From: an uncultured Acidobacteriaceae bacterium
Lineage (GTDB): Bacteria > Acidobacteriota > Terriglobia > Terriglobales > Acidobacteriaceae
Assembly: GCA_963840555.1 (NCBI GenBank)
Contig: CAWIZK010000003.1
Span: forward strand, 11,779 to 75,778
Reading direction: 5' to 3'
Length of the DNA: 64,000 nt
How positions within the stretch are numbered: position 1 is the stretch's first letter; every line of letters begins with the position of its first letter. Made by a program: the position numbers and the translations under genes. Below are positions 1 to 6,706 of the stretch, in pieces. Under the pieces are notes generated by a model, which was not told where the DNA came from, did not search any database, and saw nothing but the letters and a program-made list of their open reading frames with translations.

Positions 1-360
1 CACCGCCTCCTCCAGTGCCTTGCGTGTAGCGGGATGGACCCGGGCACCAGCCAAGAAAGGTTCGAATGACTGCTGCGATACGTTCGCCAAGCGCTTAATC
101 TGACGGGCAAAATCGCGCACATGAGGGATTTTGCTGTAGCGGTCCAGGAACATGGTCGCAAGATACGTCATGCTATAAGCGTTCCCGAGACCTTCGCCCA
201 TAATTTTGAGCTTCGCATCCGACGGAGCATCCTTAACGGCCTTCGCAAGCGGGCTGAGAAATCCGAGCTGCAGATATGGTGGAATCGGCCAATCAACCTC
301 CTTGAAGGCGTTAGCCAGCCATTCCGCAAACTCTCTGTTGGTTGAAGCGTTGCTTGACAT
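1..360 (-). CDS. hypothetical protein (N-terminal 120 codons; gene continues past left edge)
   Basis: Absent from the ORF track because it is truncated. Reverse-strand ATG at 358-360, open to position 1 (MSSNASTNREFAEWLANAFKEVDW...). The ATG lies 2 nt after the TAA stop (363-365) of the upstream gene, suggesting translational coupling. Confidence 0.5.
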   Translation of the reverse strand, partial: MSSNASTNREFAEWLANAFKEVDWPIPPYLQLGFLSPLAKAVKDAPSDAKLKIMGEGLGNAYSMTYLATMFLDRYSKIPHVRDFARQIKRLANVSQQSFEPFLAGARVHPATRKALEEAV

Positions 361-362
361 GA

Positions 363-1283
363 TTATTTTTTTAGCCACGGCAAGGTCGCTGTCTGATAAT
401 CGCTGAATTCCCGAACAAATCGCTCCGCCCATGCAGCCGCCTGGGCGACGGCAGCTTCTAGTGCGTCGTCCTTATACTCGATCTTGTGCCAGTGCTTATG
501 CTTTGCGTAAGTATCCTCAAACATCCAGGTAGCACCTTTGCCTTCTTCTTGCAGGACTGTGGTCACGCATTCAGCATCTTTAGCTACATGCGGAATTTCA
601 TAAAGATGGCCGGAAGGCTCTGAATTCTCGATGACGATAAACCTGGATGAGAGCGCATACCGCATCACCTTTTGCACAACGCCTTCGCCAACCCTATCAG
701 GCTGCTCTTTGATGATGTAGGTGTAATAGCCAAGTTCCTGCAGCTTTGATTCAATCCTCTTCAGCCTGTCGAGCGCCGGGCCAGTATCTTTGCCAAGAAT
801 AAGAACAGAGTCGGAGTTTTCAAGGATGGCATCGGCGCGCTGCCACACCAGATCAAACGCAGCCTTTATCGAGCTAATCAGCTCCTCGGGCGGAGTTGCC
901 AGCGGTAGTTGCAACTTCCATCTAACAAAAATATGAACGTCCTCGGCATCGCGGGAAGGGTCTGAGAGCGGATGTCCTTCGTGCATCAGGCGCGTAACCG
1001 CACGCTCCATCGCTTCGGAGAAGGCATAGGCGGAAAATTTGTGCTCCCAGTATTTGGTATAGAGATGCTCTTCGATTTCGCAGGCAAGGACATCGCCCTC
1101 ACGGCGGAGTGTCGTGCCCGGGAAATAATTGTCGATTACCCGGATCGCTACGTCATCGGGCATGGCTGCGAGATCGAGCGCCTTCAGCGCTTCGATACTT
1201 ATCGGATCGCCGTCTTCATGCCGGAACTCCTCCCAGCCGCCTTCGGGGTCGTTAACTTCGTGGCCTTCATGGTCTTCTGACAT
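363..1283 (-). CDS. hypothetical protein, acidic N-terminus, Rossmann-like beta/alpha C-terminal region
   Basis: ORF track 363..1298 starts at a TTG. The ATG at 1283 is preceded by GGAGAGG (1290-1296). The C-terminal segment VLILGKD...RFIVIENSEPSGHLYE alternates hydrophobic strands and helices. No family recognised with certainty. Confidence 0.6.
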   Translation of the reverse strand: MSEDHEGHEVNDPEGGWEEFRHEDGDPISIEALKALDLAAMPDDVAIRVIDNYFPGTTLRREGDVLACEIEEHLYTKYWEHKFSAYAFSEAMERAVTRLMHEGHPLSDPSRDAEDVHIFVRWKLQLPLATPPEELISSIKAAFDLVWQRADAILENSDSVLILGKDTGPALDRLKRIESKLQELGYYTYIIKEQPDRVGEGVVQKVMRYALSSRFIVIENSEPSGHLYEIPHVAKDAECVTTVLQEEGKGATWMFEDTYAKHKHWHKIEYKDDALEAAVAQAAAWAERFVREFSDYQTATLPWLKK

Positions 1284-1367
1284 GCGTGGCCTCTCCAATG
1301 ACCGTCGTAGTGATCCAAGCAGTTTAGCGGATAGATGGCAACCGTTCGTGTGGTCGCGCCGCTGAGG

Positions 1368-1417
1368 GCCATAAAAGAGGTTATGGGGTCGGGGTCCGAG
1401 CCCCTCCTCTTTTGGAA
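1368..1417. repeat. copy 1 of a ~50-bp degenerate direct repeat with palindromic core CCATAA-AAGAGG-TTATGG
   Basis: ccataaaagaggttatggg is shared exactly with 2206-2224, with collinear partial identity continuing to ttggaat. It also forms a hairpin AAAAGAGG...CCTCTTTT, which could terminate the upstream minus-strand ICMT gene. Confidence 0.6.
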
Positions 1418-1473
1418 TTGATGTGTCTGATAAATTTTGTTATCGGACACGCCTCGGGAAGAGGAGCAACGGA

Positions 1474-2040
1474 TCACAGATATCTTCTTACCCGACGGCT
1501 GTACTGTGTGTATTGCTCACCATAGTGCTTTCGCAAATAGTCTTCTTCACGCAAAACCTGACGGTTCAAGAGCCAGAAACCGCTGACGACATAAAGCAAG
1601 AATATCCAAGTCGGGAAAATCAGGAATTGGCCAATGAGGATAAAGCCGAACGCCACATATATCGGATTACGGCTGTAGGAAAAGATCCCGTCTGTTACAA
1701 GCTTGTCTGCGTGTTGCGCATCTATGCCGACCCGAAAGCTTTTTCCAAAGGAAATGAGGCTCGACAACAATAATGAGAGCCCCGCGAGGCAGAATGCCAC
1801 GCCGAGCCACTCGGTGATTGCAGAATAAAAAAGCTTCTTTGTACTCACCGTGGGGAGACCAAATGCTGCTGCGAACACGAGGTAAAAGTAAAATAGGGCA
1901 AAGGGCGGAATCAGAAAGTCCGTTTTGTCCGTTTCCCCGAATCTCATGGCTGCGATTCCTTGCCTTTTCAGGAGCAGGAGCCGGGCCACAACCATACCGA
2001 CCATCAGAACAATCGTCAGAGCGGCAAAATATCGGGGCAT
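1474..2040 (-). CDS. isoprenylcysteine carboxyl methyltransferase (ICMT)/phospholipid methyltransferase family membrane protein
   Basis: 188 aa, multi-TM. Motifs YSRNPIYVAFGFILIG and EEDYLRKHYGEQYTQY are typical of the ICMT/PEMT family. ATG at 2038-2040. Confidence 0.8.
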   Translation of the reverse strand: MPRYFAALTIVLMVGMVVARLLLLKRQGIAAMRFGETDKTDFLIPPFALFYFYLVFAAAFGLPTVSTKKLFYSAITEWLGVAFCLAGLSLLLSSLISFGKSFRVGIDAQHADKLVTDGIFSYSRNPIYVAFGFILIGQFLIFPTWIFLLYVVSGFWLLNRQVLREEDYLRKHYGEQYTQYSRRVRRYL

Positions 2041-2205
2041 GGGGAGTTCCGGGAAAATGCGACTTTAGCGTCTTAGGGCCCCTCGACGCAATGCAGAATA
2101 GCGCTTCGTGACCGTCTCGCTTGTTGGATTCAAGTGAATTGTCGCACCCCTGAGAACAAACAATTGTTAAAGAATCTAAACCATCTTGACGCTGGAGGCT
2201 TGCGA

Positions 2206-2256
2206 CCCATAAAAGAGGTTATGGGTTGTGATCCGGCTGAACGGTGCCCATTGGAA
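2206..2256. repeat. copy 2 of the ~50-bp degenerate direct repeat (palindromic core CCATAA-AAGAGG-TTATGG)
   Basis: Same 19-nt core as 1368-1386, same orientation. Lies between the cas1 terminators and the ICMT gene start. Confidence 0.6.
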
Positions 2257-2272
2257 TCATTCCAAAAATGCG

Positions 2273-2334
2273 GTAGTGGGCTGTTTTGAAACAGCCCGCT
2301 ACCAAAAATGCACGCGGCTTGCTTTTGCCGCGTG
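2273..2334 (-). terminator. two tandem intrinsic terminators downstream of cas1
   Basis: Hairpins CACGCGGC-N8-GCCGCGTG (2311-2334) and GTAGTGGGCTGTTT-N-AAACAGCCCGCTAC (2273-2302). On the minus strand each is followed by GCATTTTTGG. Confidence 0.6.
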
Positions 2335-2339
2335 GTTTG

Positions 2340-3905
2340 TCAGGCGAGATGTTCTTTCGAGACTCTGACAAGTTGCGCTAACGCCTTCCAGTGCATCGGG
2401 TGCGGCACGTGTTGACCTTTACGCACTTTTGCTGCATAGGGCTCGGATACGCTGAGCCTCTGCGCCAGAACGGGCACGGTCACGGAAGCAAGTCGAGGAA
2501 GGATCAGCGTGCGGTAGCTGGATTGAGTGAGCCAAGTCGGAAGACTCGACGGCAGCCACCCTGATCGTGCCTCCCGCTGTCGTTTCTGCGAAGCCGACAT
2601 CCGCGTCCTCGATTCAGGCGTCTTTGCTGCGATCCGGCCTCTCTGAGCGACTTCGATCATGTTAGCCTTCGAAATGCTGACTCCGCACTGTGCACAGTGA
2701 TTCCTCTGATTGCTGCTGAGCACGACTCCGCAGTCTCGGCAGACTTTCTGCGGACGAGGGACAAGAACACTTGACGGCACCGCGTTCCCCTTCGCTCCTC
2801 TCCGGTGCGCTTGCGTAAGCCGCGTTGGAAACTTACCGGCAGTGTTCGACTTGGAGGTGGTACACCACAAGGCTCGTGCGACGTACTCGGCCCAGGGTGC
2901 AACCAATCTCCCCCAAATAGGTGCAGTCTCGCTCAACTTGGCGCACATCCCGGACATGAGCCTGCAATTGCCATTCGCACTCTCGAAGAAATCGGCCCTG
3001 CGTAGGGGTTCCCGAGCGATCCACGTTAGCAGCCAGCTCTCGATTTGCGGGCGCACTGGTTCGAGAACATCAAAAGCGAGGGAATCCCGGTTGGAGGTGT
3101 CCGTGTGCAGACCTAATCCCAAGCCCGGATCGAGCCCTAATTCCCCAAGGGCCAATCGGGTTTCCGATTCGAGAAGCGCGAAGCAGAAATTGAGAATGGC
3201 GTGGAACGGCGTTATGGCGAGACGCGGGCCGCCCGATAGCGGCGACTGCCTTGTGCCGACCGTACGCCAGTGTTCGGGTACGCGACGCACGTCCGCCTTG
3301 GGCCAGAGCACACGAACATCCCGCAGTGTGCCGAAATATGCGATTGCGGCGTGACTCTCCACTGTTCTTAGCCGTTCGATTGTGTCGACCTTGGGCAGTT
3401 CGCAAGTTCGGATGCCAGCGATCACGTCCGCCGCACCGGAATCCGTCAATTGTTCGCGTATGACGCGCTCCTGCCCCTCCAGCTTGGCGTTTATAAGTTC
3501 ACGCGAGATCCTCAGGCCTGTGCCGTTCTGCCACGCCAGAGCTTGCGCACGCCTCAGCCGAGCATCGGATGAGGAGGGGGGACCAGTGACCAACTGAATC
3601 TTGCCGAGACGGTCCAAAAGAACGAACGATGCGCCAACGTCGCTCAACCACTTCAGCGCGGAGAGGGTGACGAAGCCATCATCGGCAATGCAGACGAGGC
3701 GTTTCAGGCTGTGTCCTATCCTTGGCAGTCGGGCCTGGCGGCGATCCGCACCGAGGCCATCTTCGAAAATCAGGTGACCACGATCGACGTTTATCTTTAT
3801 GCCGTATCCGCAGAGAGTGACAACATTATGTCGCGGCATTATCAGCAATGGGGATCCGGAATTGCCGGATGGCGGACGTTGAGATACGTTTTTCGTAGCT
3901 GTCAT
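2340..3905 (-). CDS. cas1: Cas1-family integrase homologue (casposase-like), with C-terminal Zn-ribbon and HTH extension
   Basis: 521 aa. Cas1-like succession: N-terminal beta domain (LVCIADDGFVTLSALKWLSDVGASFVLLDRLGK), helical catalytic domain with VESHAAIAYF (Glu), ITPFHAILNFCFALLE, GLDPGLGLGLHTD (His) and SLAFDVLEPVRP (Asp/Glu). Tail has CRDCG...CAQCG plus an HTH-like end. ATG with AGGAGAA upstream. No cas2 or CRISPR array nearby. Confidence 0.85.
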   Translation of the reverse strand: MTATKNVSQRPPSGNSGSPLLIMPRHNVVTLCGYGIKINVDRGHLIFEDGLGADRRQARLPRIGHSLKRLVCIADDGFVTLSALKWLSDVGASFVLLDRLGKIQLVTGPPSSSDARLRRAQALAWQNGTGLRISRELINAKLEGQERVIREQLTDSGAADVIAGIRTCELPKVDTIERLRTVESHAAIAYFGTLRDVRVLWPKADVRRVPEHWRTVGTRQSPLSGGPRLAITPFHAILNFCFALLESETRLALGELGLDPGLGLGLHTDTSNRDSLAFDVLEPVRPQIESWLLTWIAREPLRRADFFESANGNCRLMSGMCAKLSETAPIWGRLVAPWAEYVARALWCTTSKSNTAGKFPTRLTQAHRRGAKGNAVPSSVLVPRPQKVCRDCGVVLSSNQRNHCAQCGVSISKANMIEVAQRGRIAAKTPESRTRMSASQKRQREARSGWLPSSLPTWLTQSSYRTLILPRLASVTVPVLAQRLSVSEPYAAKVRKGQHVPHPMHWKALAQLVRVSKEHLA

Positions 3906-3974
3906 TGGAGTGTATTCTCCTATGTCGGTTAGGGCTTGTCGTCTGCTGATAACAGGCGGCAGGCCCGCTTTGAA

Positions 3975-4106
3975 TTAGATTTTCTTCAGATAGGCCTCAA
4001 CCGCGCGACGGAAAAGCTCGGCCATGGGCGCTCCTGTCTTGTCAGACACTTTCTTGAGCTTCGCAATCAATTCCTCCGGCAGCCAAACCGTCGTGCGCTT
4101 CTTCAT
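3975..4106 (-). CDS. ribbon-helix-helix (CopG/Arc-like) small DNA-binding protein
   Basis: 43-aa ORF below the track cutoff, translated by hand: MKKRTTVWLPEELIAKLKKVSDKTGAPMAELFRRAVEAYLKKI. This is the classic RHH pattern (beta strand, then two helices). Sits 69 nt upstream of cas1 on the same strand. Confidence 0.6.
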   Translation of the reverse strand: MKKRTTVWLPEELIAKLKKVSDKTGAPMAELFRRAVEAYLKKI

Positions 4107-4122
4107 TCTTCAAGTCTAATAC

Positions 4123-4140
4123 GTATGTCAATGTATGTCA
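4123..4140. promoter_or_regulatory. tandem direct repeat GTATGTCA-AT-GTATGTCA (candidate operator)
   Basis: Two identical 8-mers with 10-bp periodicity, immediately upstream of the RHH gene start (4106) and overlapping the stop of the 4138..4620 gene. Confidence 0.35.
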
Positions 4141-4620
4141 CTTGATTTGTTCGCCTTTTAGCCGTTTCTGTTCATCATTCCAAATGCGCTGAACTTTCCG
4201 TGGGCTGACACCAAACTTCTGAGATACGCGGCTATAGGCGAATGTCTGCTTCACGCCTTGGGCCTTATGATGCGCAACCTCAGCGCAGATTTTCTGGTCT
4301 TCATTGGGTGTTGATGTGCGTGGACGACCGCCGGGGTCGTGCGGAAGCTGTTTCAACACACCCGGCGCGGATTGCCTGACCGCGTAGACCAATTTAGGCA
4401 GCAACTGCAGGGTGTGCTCAAACGCGACGCCTTCGGCTTCGGGTAGTTGCCGTAACATTTCTCGGGCTGTTTCCCTATCACGAAGCGCTGAAAGTTTGGC
4501 TAAGAGGCCGGCAAGCCAAGGATAGAAGGCTTGGACAGCCTCCTGAAAGTTGCTGGGACCCAACGGCCTGATGGCACAATCCAGCGCTTCGAAGTACCGG
4601 TCTATCTCTTGGTCCGTCAT
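4138..4620 (-). CDS. hypothetical protein with C-terminal helix-turn-helix
   Basis: 160 aa, ATG at 4618-4620. The C-terminus QTFAYSRVSQKFGVSPRKVQRIWN resembles a resolvase/psq-type HTH. First gene of the minus-strand HTH-RHH-cas1 string. Confidence 0.6.
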   Translation of the reverse strand: MTDQEIDRYFEALDCAIRPLGPSNFQEAVQAFYPWLAGLLAKLSALRDRETAREMLRQLPEAEGVAFEHTLQLLPKLVYAVRQSAPGVLKQLPHDPGGRPRTSTPNEDQKICAEVAHHKAQGVKQTFAYSRVSQKFGVSPRKVQRIWNDEQKRLKGEQIK

Positions 4621-4745
4621 TGCGCCAAAAGCCCCCTACCCAGTTTTGGCATGGCCTGAAGCCAAAAGGGTACCCGAATTGTTGTGGCACCCTGCCTCCG
4701 CGACGATGTATGAGACCAGTTTTGAGGTCGACCGAGGGTTGTCAA

Positions 4746-5266
4746 ATGCGGCGTCGCAAGTCCATTTCGAGCCACAAACAGGTTGCGCAGACCCGCAGTG
4801 GTGCGCTTGCCTCCTCCGACCGGGCGTTTGAAGCCAAGCAAAGGGCCTTTCACGCCATTGCCAGAATGCGCAGTGGGGGCTCTCACTCACTGCTGCGGCA
4901 CGCGAGGAGGGCACAAAGGCCACCACGGTCAAGAAATACCTCCCCGCGGCCTTACGCCAGTCCAGACGCGGTACATGGACGGCTACGAAGGGAGATCGCT
5001 ACATCAGGACTGTGGTTCTGCCCAGTGCGCACGGCCACGTGACGGTCCAGGCACGGGGCTCCGCCGAAGCGGAACTGGCAGCTGCCTATTCTGCCGCCCT
5101 GGCTCGATGGGCACGCACCGGCAAACCAACCGAATTAGCTCCGTTTCGCGGGAAAAAGGTTGGCGGGTTTGAACTCCTGACAGCTCCTCGGGCCCTCTCA
5201 GCGTTGGGTGACGCCGGCCTGTTGCAACTCGATTCGCTTTACGCGTCCTTGAAGGACGCTGCATGA
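4746..5266 (+). pseudogene. HTH-domain protein interrupted by a frameshift at a G5 run (4875-4879)
   Basis: Frame 0 gives MRRRKSISSHKQVAQ...AFEAKQRAFHAIARMRSGG. A -1 step then gives LSLTAAAREEGTKATTVKKYLPAALRQSRRGTWTATKGDRYIRTVVLPSAHGHVTVQARGS...LKDAA. Together they read as one coherent protein. The stop overlaps the next ATG (ATGA at 5263-5266). Confidence 0.5.
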
Positions 5267-5592
5267 AGAACCTCCACCCACTCCGGGCTGAGCGCAGGCG
5301 GCAGAAGAGGGTCGTTGACCCGCCAAAGATGCGCTGCATTTTTTGTCTGGAGTTGGAGCATGTCGCAGGAGGCAATCACGACTTCCTGCTGACGTTTCCC
5401 GACATCTGCCAAAAGCACCACGATGTACTAACCGAGGCGCGGCGGAATGGCGATATCAACATGGTATTTGAGCGCGACCCGGTCAAACGTGTGGCACTGG
5501 CGCTGAAGTCTGCCTCTGTATTTCTGCGCATGTTGGCCGATGCGATGTGGCGCTGGGCGGCTCGATTAGAAGATGAGAGGAGTCCAGAATGA
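5263..5592 (+). CDS. small Cys/His-rich protein, possible HNH-type nuclease
   Basis: 109 aa. CIFCLELEHVAGGNHDFLLTFPDICQKHHDV fits a CxxC...(E)H...N...CxxHH layout. Start and stop both overlap neighbours in ATGA. Confidence 0.45.
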   Translation: MKNLHPLRAERRRQKRVVDPPKMRCIFCLELEHVAGGNHDFLLTFPDICQKHHDVLTEARRNGDINMVFERDPVKRVALALKSASVFLRMLADAMWRWAARLEDERSPE

Positions 5593-6437
5593 AGAAGAAC
5601 AAGAAACCTGGCGAAATAATTTCGCGAAGTATCCCTGGCGAAGTCTTGGGGCCATTACCCTTGCCGCCCGAACTAGCGACCCTGTCCGACCATTGGAGGG
5701 AGCTTACCTATGACCAGAGGATCGCCTACGTAAAGGGTCGCCCTCTGCAAGAACGCCTCCTGCTGCTCAAGAGCGTCGGTGGCGTCTGCAAAAACGCCAT
5801 CCAGGTTGTGTGCGAGTTCCGGCCGATCATCGAAGTATGCCGCGACGAATTCAGGCAGCCCGGACAGCGCGTCCCGGTCGAGGGCAAGCCCACTTGGACG
5901 AAGTTCATTCCAGAAACGTTTGGTTTCAGCCCGCGGCGCATGCAGCAGTTGCTCGCGGACGGCAACCCGGATGGCGGTCGGCGCGAGAAATCGCCTAGAC
6001 AAGCCCACGAAGCGAAACGCGGGCCAAAGACAGGCCCGGAGGAGGACTATCACCGGCTGCTAAAGGTCGAAGCTCTGGCAGTCGACCTGGCCAGGAGCGT
6101 GGTCGAGCAGGGTGACGCTGAGCGATATCCGGAGGCTGACGAGATCTTGAAAATCACCGGGTCGGAAGCGAACGCACAACCTTCCAGGTCGTGCACTTTA
6201 GCAAGCAGTCGCATCGCCGAGCCCGGCGATACCGAGGAAGAGGGGCAGATCACCGGTATCAAGATTGGGCCGCAGCCAGATTGCTATATCTGCGGGACCG
6301 GCCTTCATACTTGTGCCCTCCATGCACCCCAACTCGAAGCGTTGATGTTCCAACGCGGTATCGAAGACCATGACGCCTCGGACATTCTGCTGCAGCAGTT
6401 TGCCAAGCAGGGACACAGATTCTTGAAAACAGCTTGA
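5589..6437 (+). CDS. hypothetical protein
   Basis: 282 aa. GAGAGGAG upstream of the ATG, ATGA overlap with the upstream gene. No family recognised. Cys/His cluster near the C-terminus (CYICGTGLHTCALH). Confidence 0.55.
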   Translation: MKKNKKPGEIISRSIPGEVLGPLPLPPELATLSDHWRELTYDQRIAYVKGRPLQERLLLLKSVGGVCKNAIQVVCEFRPIIEVCRDEFRQPGQRVPVEGKPTWTKFIPETFGFSPRRMQQLLADGNPDGGRREKSPRQAHEAKRGPKTGPEEDYHRLLKVEALAVDLARSVVEQGDAERYPEADEILKITGSEANAQPSRSCTLASSRIAEPGDTEEEGQITGIKIGPQPDCYICGTGLHTCALHAPQLEALMFQRGIEDHDASDILLQQFAKQGHRFLKTA

Positions 6438-6485
6438 CCCCCGCTGGCGGTTCGCAAACATATTGCACAAAGGAGAGGAGACACG

Positions 6486-6704
6486 ATGAGCAAATGTAAC
6501 GAGCACGATGTCATGTGTGCCTTCGTTGCCACGACTTACAGAATGGCGTGGAAGGTCTGGAAAGAACACAACGGTAACCCGTCAGAAGCCGCACTTGAAC
6601 AATTGGAGATTCACGGGGATTGGCCTCGCGGGATGGCAGCCCGCGTTATGCAACGAATTAAAGGGGATTCGCAGCTGCGTGCCGAGCTTGAGCGCTGGTC
6701 GTAA
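6486..6704 (+). CDS. hypothetical small protein
   Basis: 72 aa. Strong SD (AAAGGAGAGGAG) upstream of the ATG. The stop lies 2 nt before the polB ATG. Confidence 0.55.
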   Translation: MSKCNEHDVMCAFVATTYRMAWKVWKEHNGNPSEAALEQLEIHGDWPRGMAARVMQRIKGDSQLRAELERWS

Positions 6705-6706
6705 GC

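Noticed and set aside
121-406. Plus-strand ORFs 121-345 and 206-406
   Set aside because: They overlap the better-supported minus-strand coupled gene pair (1-360 and 363-1283). They are short and lack ribosome-binding sites.
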